A DNA stretch of 64,000 bases from Sedimentisphaeraceae bacterium JB056 (lineage in GTDB: Bacteria > Planctomycetota > Phycisphaerae > Sedimentisphaerales > Sedimentisphaeraceae). Of the stretch, positions 29,054-38,566 are shown in pieces (position 1 is the first letter of the stretch; every line of letters begins with the position of its first letter). Made by a program: the position numbers and the translations under genes. A model generated the notes under the pieces. It did not search any database and had not been told where the DNA came from. It saw only the letters and a program-made list of their open reading frames with translations. The stretch is from positions 192,001 through 256,000 of the forward strand of contig JBITAJ010000015.1 in the NCBI GenBank assembly GCA_044440125.1, given 5' to 3'.

Positions 29054-30640
29054 CTATCTTGCGTATTCTACGCAGCGGACTTCACGCAGAAGCGTGACTT
29101 TGATTTCGCCAGGATAGGTCATTTCGTCCTCTATCTTCTTGGCAATATCACGTGCGATCTTTGTTGAGATACCGTCGTCAATCTTTTCAGCATCAACTAT
29201 TACTCTTATCTCACGTCCAGCCTGAATTGCGTATGTTGAAGTTACGCCCTGGAAGCTGTTGGCAATGTCTTCCAATGCCTGGAGACGTTTGATGTAGCGT
29301 TCGAGAGTTTCGCGTCTTGCACCCGGTCTTGAAGCACTGATTGCGTCAGCTGCCGCGACAAGCGGAGTATATGGGTTGTCAGGAGCAACATCCCCGTGGT
29401 GACCTTCTACTGCGTTGAGTATGATTGAAGATTCGCCAAACTTACGCAGGAAGTTTGCACCGATAGCAGGGTGGCCGCCTTCCTCTTCGTGGTCAAGTGC
29501 CTTACCGATGTCATGGAGGAATCCGGCACGGCGTGCAATCTGACCGTCAAGGCCAAGCTCTTCAGCCATAACTTGTGCAAGGAAAGCAACTTCGATGTTG
29601 TGCTGCAGGACGTTTTGTCCGTAACTTGTTCTGTATCTTAGAACACCGATCTTTGTCAGTATCTTGTTATTGAGGCCTCTTACATCTACTTCAGTAGCGG
29701 CTTCTTTACCAATCTGGAGCATTTTAGCCATAACATCCTTGTGAGTCTGCTCTACGAGATCCTCAATACGAGTAGGATGTATTCTGCCGTCCTGAATAAG
29801 CCTTTCCATAGAAAGTCTTGCAACTTCACGTCTTACAGGATCAAATCCGCTAACAACGATAACGCCTGGAGTATCATCTACAATGACATCAACTCCTGTT
29901 GCCTTTTCGAATGCACGGATGTTTCGACCTTCACGGCCAATTATTCGACCCTTCATGTCATCATTAGGTATGTCTACTGTTGAAACAGTGCCTTCGCAAC
30001 ATTGCTCTGCTGCAAAACGCTGTATAGCAGTAGTAATGATCTCACGGCTCTTTCTCTCGGCAATATCTTCTGCTTCTTCCTGTTTCTTTTTAATAACAGT
30101 ATTCATTTCATGCTCGCACTCGCCTTCAAGACGGCTAAGCAGCAGTTCCTTGGCAGCATTGACGTCCATATCTGTAATCTTGAGAAGCATTTTCTTCTGT
30201 TCAGATATGATTTCCGTAAGGCTGTTTTCACGAACTTCTATTCTTCTCTGCCTGTCACCGAGGTCTTTTTCGAGCTTGCCGAGAGTTTTTTCTTTGTTTT
30301 CAAGGAGATCTGTCTGACGCTGGTTAGCATCTTCACGACGACTAAGCCTTCTCTCCTGATCCCTTAATTCTTTTCTTATTTGATTAAACTCTTCGTTTGC
30401 TTCATCGCGTTTTTTGATAAGCTCTGAAGCAGCATCAAGTTTTGCAGATTTGACGATATTTTCGGCGTTTTTGTGTGCTTCCTCTGCCTCCGCCTCTAAT
30501 CTCTGCTTTAATGTTTTATGCTTTGCGGCAGCAATAGAATGCTGCACTATGACAGTTAAACCTGCTGCGACAACAGCACCAATAGCGATGCCTGCAGGAT
30601 TCCCCAATAAATTTGCCAATATATACATTACCAGAATCAC
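29054..30640 (-). CDS. rny: ribonuclease Y
   Basis: N-terminal TM and coiled coil; [42 protein letters not shown]; start may be ATG 30628. Confidence 0.97.
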   Translation of the reverse strand: MILVMYILANLLGNPAGIAIGAVVAAGLTVIVQHSIAAAKHKTLKQRLEAEAEEAHKNAENIVKSAKLDAASELIKKRDEANEEFNQIRKELRDQERRLSRREDANQRQTDLLENKEKTLGKLEKDLGDRQRRIEVRENSLTEIISEQKKMLLKITDMDVNAAKELLLSRLEGECEHEMNTVIKKKQEEAEDIAERKSREIITTAIQRFAAEQCCEGTVSTVDIPNDDMKGRIIGREGRNIRAFEKATGVDVIVDDTPGVIVVSGFDPVRREVARLSMERLIQDGRIHPTRIEDLVEQTHKDVMAKMLQIGKEAATEVDVRGLNNKILTKIGVLRYRTSYGQNVLQHNIEVAFLAQVMAEELGLDGQIARRAGFLHDIGKALDHEEEGGHPAIGANFLRKFGESSIILNAVEGHHGDVAPDNPYTPLVAAADAISASRPGARRETLERYIKRLQALEDIANSFQGVTSTYAIQAGREIRVIVDAEKIDDGISTKIARDIAKKIEDEMTYPGEIKVTLLREVRCVEYAR

Positions 30641-31251
30641 CTTTCTGTTAATCTAAGTTGTGCCGCATCTGTGATGTGAGGTAATATTGTATGATTAGAA
30701 GTTGTTTGATGATAAGGATTTGTATGAAAAACCCGGCTGTTTGCCTAGGTCGCATTCTGAGTTTTCGCAACTAAAAAGGAGGGGTCGGCCACCTTTCAGC
30801 AGCATTACTACAGCTGTATTTGCTATATCTATAATATTTTGTTTCAGAGCAATATTCATACTGTAAAACACACACTTTTAATTAAAGTACTGTTTAAGAG
30901 ATAATTAAAATCTACTACTATACTAATCAAACCTGAAAAAAACTTTCAGGTATTTACCTATTTATCACAAATGTGAAGCTATTTATATTTAACCGGCCTC
31001 GCAATTTACAAAGCCGAACTATATTATAAATATAGGAATACTAAAGTGTAAAATCAAGGAAAATGTCATTTATTTTATATTTTTAGTAATTATAATTGAT
31101 TAAACTGGAGGGAGCCACCCGTTCATAAAATATGGTTCTTGCTTGATGAATTATTACGGCTCAAATTGAGCACATATAATTAGGATAAGACATTAATGTT
31201 TTCTTGATATGAATTGCAACTTTTTTGTGAAATGTAATAGGGCGTAGTTGG

Positions 31252-32580
31252 ATGGATCTAAAAGGTATTAAAACAAGACGTATAGCGATAACCGGCATTG
31301 CAGGAGGGGGAAAAACTGTATTCCTTACATCTTTGCTTTCGCATTTATCAGAATACGACCAAGGCAGTGAGCTAATGGGTAATGGCGTAGAGCTGGAAAG
31401 TTTTTATGAATTACCTGTGATTGATAGATTATCCAATCAGTTTCCTCTTGAACGTTATAGGCGATTACTTTCTTCTGGGGCCAACTGGCCGGATAAGACT
31501 GCCGACCATTTTAATTATTCGTGTGAATTCGAACGTTCGGATTGGCGATTCTTCAAGCAGCGTCTTGTCTTCTTTGATTTCCCTGGTGAAAGAGCTGCTG
31601 ATGCAGCGATAGCTGTATTTAAAGACTATAAAGATTGGTCAAAGCATAGTTTGGATTACTACAGCCAGCACCCGGACTATGAAGTTGCGGTAAAAGATTA
31701 TTTTTCATACATCAATAAAGATAATTTAGATGAAAAAGAATTGATTCATAATTACAAATTAATGCTTGCCAAACTCATACTTGGTTATAAACCATTGATA
31801 AGCCCTTCATGTTTTCTGCTTGACAGCAATGGCAGGAGTGCCAAGCCGGGAACTGAAGAACAGATTGCTTCTTTGCGTTATTCAGGGGTTGGCAGTGGGT
31901 TTGAGTTTGCGCCTTTGTCAGAGCAGTTGATTCGTAAACATACAGCTATAGCCTCAAGCATGAAGCGCAATTACAGCATTTACAGAAAAGAGGTTGCCTT
32001 ACCTGTATTCAAACGCCTTTGTGCTTGTGACTCTATTGTTGTTCTGATTGATATCCCATCATTGCTTGCAGGTGGTGTAGGACGTTATAACGATAACAGG
32101 CAGATGCTGCACGACCTTTTTGACGTTCTAAGGGATGATTCATGGATTGGCTCCAAGTTGTTAAAAGTACTGAAGTTCTGGCATCCTAAGCTTAAAAGAA
32201 TAGCTTTTGTTGCCTCAAAGGCTGATTTGGTGGCTGTTGATGATGTTTATAATGACAGGCTTGACTCTCTATTGCGTCAGATGAGTACCAGGGCAACACG
32301 TTTGCTCCCTGGAGTAGACTCGGGATGGTTTGTTTGCAGTGCGTGCCATTCTACACGAAAAGGCAAAAAGGACAACTCTTTAATCGGACAGCCTGTGCAT
32401 GGTAATCCCAACCACGAGGAGATGGAATTTGAAGTTTCAAGACTTCCCGAGCATTGGCCCGCTCAATGGCAAAGTGGGGAGTATAAGTTTTACCGTGTCT
32501 ATCCAAATGCAAGCGGTAATATACAGATACCTCCGGAAAGTTTTGGACTCGAAGGGATAATGAACTTTTTACTTTCTTGA
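31252..32580 (+). CDS. ycjX: YcjX family P-loop NTPase
   Basis: IAITGIAGGGKTVFLTSL, WPDKT, DFPGE, ASKADL; followed by YcjF-like gene. Confidence 0.8.
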   Translation: MDLKGIKTRRIAITGIAGGGKTVFLTSLLSHLSEYDQGSELMGNGVELESFYELPVIDRLSNQFPLERYRRLLSSGANWPDKTADHFNYSCEFERSDWRFFKQRLVFFDFPGERAADAAIAVFKDYKDWSKHSLDYYSQHPDYEVAVKDYFSYINKDNLDEKELIHNYKLMLAKLILGYKPLISPSCFLLDSNGRSAKPGTEEQIASLRYSGVGSGFEFAPLSEQLIRKHTAIASSMKRNYSIYRKEVALPVFKRLCACDSIVVLIDIPSLLAGGVGRYNDNRQMLHDLFDVLRDDSWIGSKLLKVLKFWHPKLKRIAFVASKADLVAVDDVYNDRLDSLLRQMSTRATRLLPGVDSGWFVCSACHSTRKGKKDNSLIGQPVHGNPNHEEMEFEVSRLPEHWPAQWQSGEYKFYRVYPNASGNIQIPPESFGLEGIMNFLLS

Positions 32581-32621
32581 TTGTCCAATATCATATACTG
32601 TAAAAGCGAGTTTGGAAAATT

Positions 32622-33788
32622 ATGAAACAGGAAGAAAATGACAAAAATACCCGTCTTGGCGATCCTCTCGATAGAGATGAGGATTCTTCTGCGCATTCAG
32701 GTAAAGAGTCTTTGTCGCAACGTTCTGGAGACAATGGACTTGGGCAGCCGGATCCTGTGGTAAAAGATGCCAGGGTTATATCTGATCAGGAAAAACAGGA
32801 GTACCGTGAGCAGACGGATGCGCAGTTGCGTTTGCAATTTGAGCAGAAACTCCAGGATATGCAGCAATTCACGAAATCATGGGAATTACCAGGTGGAATA
32901 AAGAGGTTTTTGGCATGGATACTTTTCTTTATCGGAGCAATTTCAGGGGTTTTTATTGTCAATCAAGGTGTTAGCTTCTTGTCTAATATAAACTCTCTTG
33001 CCCAGCCATATAAGACAATAGCTATTTCTGCTATGGTGTTTTTCAGTATTGTACTCTTCGCTATTATTGTTTCGCTTTTCTGGGCAGGTTTTAAGATGAA
33101 GCGTCTTAAGCCTTTCGATATCAAGCCTTTAAGGGTTCTGCAGCAGCGTGAAGATATGCGACGGTTCGCACAAGAGAAACAAGAAGAAGCCAGAGATATT
33201 TTTAAGGAGTATCTTAAAAGCTATTCATTGAATAGAAAAAATGCTAAGCTGCTCATAAGGGCGGGGTTAAACACAAATGAGATTGAGTCTCTTGCGGCTG
33301 TGCGGGAGAAACTGTTGGATAAGAACAAGCCGCTTTCATCGAACCAATGGCTTGACATGTTTGGTGACAGTTGGCAATCGGTTCTCGACAGAGCGGCCGA
33401 TCGAAGAATAAAGGACTATTCCATAAAAGCGGGTTTTGGTACAGCAGCTTCGCCTGTCGCGTTTGTCGATCAGATGGTTGTTATGTACAGTTGTTTTGCC
33501 ATGCTTAAAGATATAATGAAAATATACAATCTCCGTCCTGCTTTTGGGCAGACTGTCGTTGTACTTTCCAGAAGTATAATTAATATATACCTTAGTGGTA
33601 TGATTGAAAATGCGACTGAGGGCTCTGCTAATAGTGTTGCTGACTATATAAGAGAGCATTGCGGAAAGATTGCCGGAGGTGCCGGACGTATAGCCGGAGC
33701 AAAGGTTGCTGAGGCGGCAATAAATGGTTTGCTTTTATACAATCTTGGCAAGCGGGCAAAGAAAATGCTGCAGCCAATGATACGATAA
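32622..33788 (+). CDS. ycjF: YcjF/DUF697 family membrane protein
   Basis: two N-terminal TM helices; TAASPVAFVD, IYNLRP, KVAEAAINGLLLYNLG. Confidence 0.78.
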   Translation: MKQEENDKNTRLGDPLDRDEDSSAHSGKESLSQRSGDNGLGQPDPVVKDARVISDQEKQEYREQTDAQLRLQFEQKLQDMQQFTKSWELPGGIKRFLAWILFFIGAISGVFIVNQGVSFLSNINSLAQPYKTIAISAMVFFSIVLFAIIVSLFWAGFKMKRLKPFDIKPLRVLQQREDMRRFAQEKQEEARDIFKEYLKSYSLNRKNAKLLIRAGLNTNEIESLAAVREKLLDKNKPLSSNQWLDMFGDSWQSVLDRAADRRIKDYSIKAGFGTAASPVAFVDQMVVMYSCFAMLKDIMKIYNLRPAFGQTVVVLSRSIINIYLSGMIENATEGSANSVADYIREHCGKIAGGAGRIAGAKVAEAAINGLLLYNLGKRAKKMLQPMIR

Positions 33789-33819
33789 TGATTAATTAAG
33801 TGAAGATGCAACAGGGAAT

Positions 33820-34455
33820 TTGATGAGTGACAGAAAAGAATTTAGCTGGTTTGAGATAGCGACAGAACTCAAAACTATTTCGCAAGCCGGTAAAACTTTC
33901 GCAAAAGATGAATATGAATTAAAGCGACACTTGAGGATTGAAGAGATAACGGCTTCTATTCTTGCTAAGCATACTAATGTTGATTATGAGCAGGCATTGG
34001 CAATGCTGCAAGACGATTGCGGCTATCCTACACCGAAAACCGATAGTAGAGGTGCTGTTTTTCGTGATGATAAAATCTTGTTAGTAAAAGAGATAGAAGA
34101 TGGCGGCTGGACATTGCCGGGCGGGTGGTGTGATGTTGGAATGACTCCGGCAGAGAATGTTGTAAGGGAAATTTGGGAAGAGTCAGGGTTTGAAACAAAG
34201 GCGGTGAAGCTCATTGCAATCCTTGACAGGCGAACACAGGGACACTTACCTCCGTACCCGTTTGATATATACAAAATGTTCTTTTTGTGTGAAATAACAG
34301 GCGGTGAGGCCAAAACGAGCATAGAAACAAGTGAAGTGGCATTTTTTAGTGAAAGCCAGATACCTGAGCTTTCGCATTCGAGAACGCAGCTTCATCAGAT
34401 AGAAATGTGTTTTGAGCATTACCGAAACAGAGATTTACCTACTGTTTATGATTGA
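33820..34455 (+). CDS. NUDIX hydrolase with N-terminal helical domain
   Basis: GYPTPK; Nudix box GGWCDVGMTPAENVVREIWEESG. Confidence 0.9.
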   Translation: MMSDRKEFSWFEIATELKTISQAGKTFAKDEYELKRHLRIEEITASILAKHTNVDYEQALAMLQDDCGYPTPKTDSRGAVFRDDKILLVKEIEDGGWTLPGGWCDVGMTPAENVVREIWEESGFETKAVKLIAILDRRTQGHLPPYPFDIYKMFFLCEITGGEAKTSIETSEVAFFSESQIPELSHSRTQLHQIEMCFEHYRNRDLPTVYD

Positions 34456-34565
34456 TTAGTATTATAGCTCCAAGTTGTTTTCTTAGTATAAATTCAATGG
34501 TCATTCATTTCTGTTGATAGATAAGTTTAAAACAGCTATGTTGGGCAGTATTCAGTGTTTAATAC

Positions 34566-34594
34566 TTGATTTTTAGATGTTTAGATAGTATGAT
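34566..34594 (+). promoter_or_regulatory. putative promoter of the secretin pair
   Basis: TTGATT-17 bp-TATGAT about 60 bp before ATG 34655. Confidence 0.45.
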
Positions 34595-34654
34595 AATCGA
34601 GTGTGATTATAAAAAGACAGCTCATATTTTTAAGAGAATTACCGGAAGGCAAGG

Positions 34655-36517
34655 ATGTGCGGTAAATTAAACTTTAATCTTTCTTTGGCTCTCAAAGCAA
34701 GTATTCTTTGTATTCTCGCTTCGATGAGTTTATTTTGCGGCTGCAGTGGTGAATTAGCGGACCTCATGGATGATGGCCCGACTGCTACAGAAGCTAAAAT
34801 AATTCTTGATAAAGGATCCGAGATACGTGCTACTCCTGATGTAAGCAACCCGCTTCCAGAGGTTTACAGGAAAGATCCTGAAATTCTTAAGACCTCTAAA
34901 GGCTGGAAGCTTTTCTATTACGCCCGTAATCATTCACCCAAAACGCTTGAATCTATACTTAAAGGGCAACTCAAGAATTCGGTAAGTGTTGCGGATGATA
35001 CCAATCAGCTCATAATAAACTGCGCTGATCAGGCTGATGTAGATCAGGTGCTTGCATATCTTGACAGTATTGACATTGCTCCCATTCAGGTAAAGATTGA
35101 CTGCATAGTGGTTGAGAACTATGCGGATGTTACTATGGACAGAGAAACTCAAGTCAAAGTAGGGGATATAGCGGGTGATGCCGGCTTGATTATTGAGGGT
35201 CCAGATAATGGTTGGGGCACTTTCCCAGGTGCATCAATAAGAGAGTCTCGCCGAGTTGATATGGGCATGAGTGTTGGTTACAACAGTAATGATCTTAAGT
35301 TTCTTGTCGATATGCTTGTATCCCGAGGTTATTTAAAGGTTTTAATGAATCCGACTGTTGAGACAGTTACAGGTAAAACAGCAACAGTAACTTCTTTGGA
35401 TAAAATGCCTATAATCGAGACGGTTACTGATAATAAGACCCGGACAATATATGATCTGACGAAGTATAAAGATATTGTTGATTCGCTTAAGGCTACTCCG
35501 GTGGTATTTGCTGATGGTTCGGTAAGTCTTACTTGTGAAGTGCAGTTAAGTTCCAAGAATACGCCTGAAGGTGTAGCTCAACTGCCGATTGTTACAGAAA
35601 AAACTATAAATCTTGGTTCAACAAGACTTGAGCCGGGAAAAAGCCTTGTAGTGGGCGGTTTCCGAAAATCTGAAAAGAGTTCAGTTATAAGAGGATTTCC
35701 TTTTCTAAAAGATATACCTATAATTGGTATTGTTTTTTCGAGCAGAGATTTTGAGGAACGTGCCAAGGAAATAACTTTTATTCTTACGCCAAGTATTTCT
35801 ACCGGCGGTACTCCTTATAGTGAGATGCTTGAGAATATGGCTAAGGATCAATTTAACCAAAGCGATCCAAATGATATTAAGGCAGCTATAAACAAAGTGT
35901 TTACAGATCCTTTTGGAAAAGGGGCTTATACAGACGAAATCAATAGAAATCGTGAAACTGATTCCATAAAACGTCTTCAGGCAGAAATTAAAATTGCGGA
36001 AACAGAGCTTGAAGCTCAAAAAGCACGTGAAGAGCTTGAGGAGTATAAACAAAAGATACAACAGGAAAGCGCCTTGACTCAGAAAGCTTCTGAACAGAAA
36101 GCTGCGCATGCTAAAGAAATTGAAGAACTTGAAAAGACGATAGAAAAGCTCGATAAAGACATAGCGGCTCAAAAAGCGGAATATCAGAAGACTCTTGCTG
36201 AGACACAAAAGGAAACTGATGTAAGCAAGCAGGAAGCTGAAAAGGTTAAACAGAAGGCTTCGGAGACACAAAAGCAGCTTGAGCAGTCTAAAACAAAACT
36301 CGATGAATCGTTGAAGAAGAAGCAGTTGCTTGAGAAGGAGACAGAGAACTTGATCAAATCTCGTGAAAGTCTGCAGAAGCAAATAGCAGAGATTGAGAAG
36401 CAGATTCAAGCACTCAAGAAATCGGAATCTGAAGCTGCTGCAGAAAACGCTGTGACAGAGCAAGCTCCTGAGAAAGATGAAACAGATGATAGCAAGGAGG
36501 CTGCTGATGTTAAGTAA
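34655..36517 (+). CDS. lipoprotein secretin with C-terminal coiled-coil tail (copy 1)
   Basis: lipobox FCG-C; single N-domain (TNQLII...IDIAPIQVKIDCIVVE); secretin signature LVVGG...GFPFLKDIPIIGIVFS...ITFILTPSI; about 239 aa charged tail. Confidence 0.85.
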   Translation: MCGKLNFNLSLALKASILCILASMSLFCGCSGELADLMDDGPTATEAKIILDKGSEIRATPDVSNPLPEVYRKDPEILKTSKGWKLFYYARNHSPKTLESILKGQLKNSVSVADDTNQLIINCADQADVDQVLAYLDSIDIAPIQVKIDCIVVENYADVTMDRETQVKVGDIAGDAGLIIEGPDNGWGTFPGASIRESRRVDMGMSVGYNSNDLKFLVDMLVSRGYLKVLMNPTVETVTGKTATVTSLDKMPIIETVTDNKTRTIYDLTKYKDIVDSLKATPVVFADGSVSLTCEVQLSSKNTPEGVAQLPIVTEKTINLGSTRLEPGKSLVVGGFRKSEKSSVIRGFPFLKDIPIIGIVFSSRDFEERAKEITFILTPSISTGGTPYSEMLENMAKDQFNQSDPNDIKAAINKVFTDPFGKGAYTDEINRNRETDSIKRLQAEIKIAETELEAQKAREELEEYKQKIQQESALTQKASEQKAAHAKEIEELEKTIEKLDKDIAAQKAEYQKTLAETQKETDVSKQEAEKVKQKASETQKQLEQSKTKLDESLKKKQLLEKETENLIKSRESLQKQIAEIEKQIQALKKSESEAAAENAVTEQAPEKDETDDSKEAADVK

Positions 36518-38546
36518 GAAGCTTTCTATTTGTTGGTATTTAATACTGTTTTCAGTTGTTATCACGTTTATTAGTGGTTGCAGCGATGAGCTTTCAAGTA
36601 TTTTGGACGAAGATCAGACCGAGTATGATTCAAGAAGAATACTTAGTGATGCGTCTTCTATTGATAAAGATGATAATATACTTACCGATGCGCCGGATGT
36701 ATATGTTCGCCCCTCTAAGATACTTGAGACCACAGAGGGATTCAAGATATTCTATTTTGCAAAAAATAAAGAGCCCAAAGACCTGGTTGGATTGATAAAG
36801 GCTCAGATGGGTGTCAAGGCTATAAGTGCTGCTACCGGAACCAATCAGCTTATCATAAATTGCGATAATAAAGATCAGGCCAATGAGGTTATTTCTTATA
36901 TTGAAAAGGTTGATGTTCCTGCTATTCAGGTAAAAATTGAATGCATGGTTGTTGAAAATTATGCTGACTTTACTATGGATAGGGAGACCAAGGTTAAGGT
37001 TGGGGAACTTTTTGGTGATGATAATCTGATTATTACGGGTCCTGACGATGGATGGGGTTTTTTCCCGGGGGCATCTTTAAGAGAGGCAAAACGCGGCACT
37101 TACGGCATGAGTATTGGCTATAGCAGTGCTGATGTCAGCTTTTTGATAGATATGCTTTCTTCGAGAGGTTATTTGAAGGTAATGATGAACCCTATTGTTA
37201 CCACTGCGGCCAATAAGCCTGCGAAAATATTATCCAAGGATTATGTGCCTATTGTTGAGATTGTGACTGGTAAGGATATATTGCCGTATAACAAAACCGT
37301 GTACATTTGGGTTGAGGATTCTTTGACAATAACTCCAACTGTCTACGCTGACGGTTCTATTGGCCTTGCCGGTAATATAAAGTTTAGTTCTAAAAACACC
37401 CCTGAAGGTGTTGTGCAAAACCGAATAATCACTGAAAGAAGCGTTGATCTCAAAGAAACGCGTGTTCCTGTGGGTAACAGTCTGATTATTGGCGGTTTCC
37501 AGAAAAGTGAGAAATTTTCGGTAATTCGAGGCTTCCCGTTCCTCAAAGATCTTCCTCTTATAGGTTTTATGTTCTCAAGTAAGGATTTTGAAGAACGTGC
37601 CAAGGAAATAACTTTTATTATAACTCCAAGCATTGCATCAAAAGGCATCGATTTCAATGATATGGTTGATACCGTTCAGGAGATGCACCGAACCCATAGT
37701 TCCACTGAGTCGATTACTGATAAGCTTACAGGCATTGTTACCGATCCTTTCAGTGAAGGAAAATATCGCGAAAAAATGGAGGAGATGGCTGCTACTGAGA
37801 CTATTGAACGCATGAAGGCAGAGGTTGAGGCAGCTAAGACTGATAGAGAGGTTCAGCAGGCAAAACAACGTCTGGTTGAATTTGAAGCAAAACTCAAGGC
37901 TGGTGCTGAGGCTAAGAAGAAAGCACAGAGTGCTGCTAAGAGTTATTCTGAAAAGGTCAAGCAGCTTGAAGAAGCAAAGAAAAAGCTTCAAGAAGCTCAA
38001 AAGGCTACTCAGGAGAAATCTACTGCACAAATACAAGCTGCTAAGGCGGAATATGACAAGTTTGTTAAAGAGACAGAAACGCTCAAGAAAGAATTCGAAA
38101 AATATCAGGCAGAGGTAGATAAGAACACTGCTCAGCTTAAAGAATCTACAGCACAGATAAATAAACTGCTTGAGACCAAAGCCGCTATTGAGGCAGAAAA
38201 GAAACGACTACAGCAGAAGAAGGCAGAGGTTGAGAAGGCGGTTGAAGAGGCTAAGGCTAAACAGGCAGCAAGAGAGAAAGCAGCTAAAGAGAAGGCTGAG
38301 CGAGAGGCTGCTGAGGCTGCCGCTGCTAAAGCCAAAGCAGAAGCGGCAGCCAAAGAAGCTGAATCTCAGCAGGTTGAAGCAGATAAGCAAGAGAATGTCG
38401 AATCAGCAGCTCCATCAGAGCAGCCGGCTGAAGAATCTTCTGCTGAGACAGGTGGTCAGGAAGTCGAAGAACCGGCAGTTTCTCAAACTGATACTGAAGG
38501 ATCTGTAGAGACGAATAAGGCTGAGGACGTTAAATCAGCAGGTTAA
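36507..38546 (+). CDS. lipoprotein secretin with C-terminal coiled-coil/TolA-like tail (copy 2)
   Basis: AAGGAGG RBS and ATG 36507; lipobox ISG-C; TNQLII...VDVPAIQVKIECMVVE; LIIGG...GFPFLKDLPLIGFMFS...ITFIITPSI; about 303 aa A/K/E-rich tail. Confidence 0.85.
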   Translation: MLSKKLSICWYLILFSVVITFISGCSDELSSILDEDQTEYDSRRILSDASSIDKDDNILTDAPDVYVRPSKILETTEGFKIFYFAKNKEPKDLVGLIKAQMGVKAISAATGTNQLIINCDNKDQANEVISYIEKVDVPAIQVKIECMVVENYADFTMDRETKVKVGELFGDDNLIITGPDDGWGFFPGASLREAKRGTYGMSIGYSSADVSFLIDMLSSRGYLKVMMNPIVTTAANKPAKILSKDYVPIVEIVTGKDILPYNKTVYIWVEDSLTITPTVYADGSIGLAGNIKFSSKNTPEGVVQNRIITERSVDLKETRVPVGNSLIIGGFQKSEKFSVIRGFPFLKDLPLIGFMFSSKDFEERAKEITFIITPSIASKGIDFNDMVDTVQEMHRTHSSTESITDKLTGIVTDPFSEGKYREKMEEMAATETIERMKAEVEAAKTDREVQQAKQRLVEFEAKLKAGAEAKKKAQSAAKSYSEKVKQLEEAKKKLQEAQKATQEKSTAQIQAAKAEYDKFVKETETLKKEFEKYQAEVDKNTAQLKESTAQINKLLETKAAIEAEKKRLQQKKAEVEKAVEEAKAKQAAREKAAKEKAEREAAEAAAAKAKAEAAAKEAESQQVEADKQENVESAAPSEQPAEESSAETGGQEVEEPAVSQTDTEGSVETNKAEDVKSAG

Positions 38547-38566
38547 GTTTCTTTTCAATATTTTGC

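Noticed and set aside
30728..30822. Firm call as 6S RNA, SRP RNA or a known riboswitch
   Set aside because: Shorter than typical 6S, lacks the SRP GGAA/AGCAG core, and no riboswitch consensus recognised; kept only as a candidate finding
35705..36565. 286 aa antisense ORF rich in Leu/Phe
   Set aside because: Shadow of the GAA/AAG/CAG-rich coiled-coil codons of secretin 1; no motif. The same applies to the antisense ORFs over 37638-38390 and 52899-53244.
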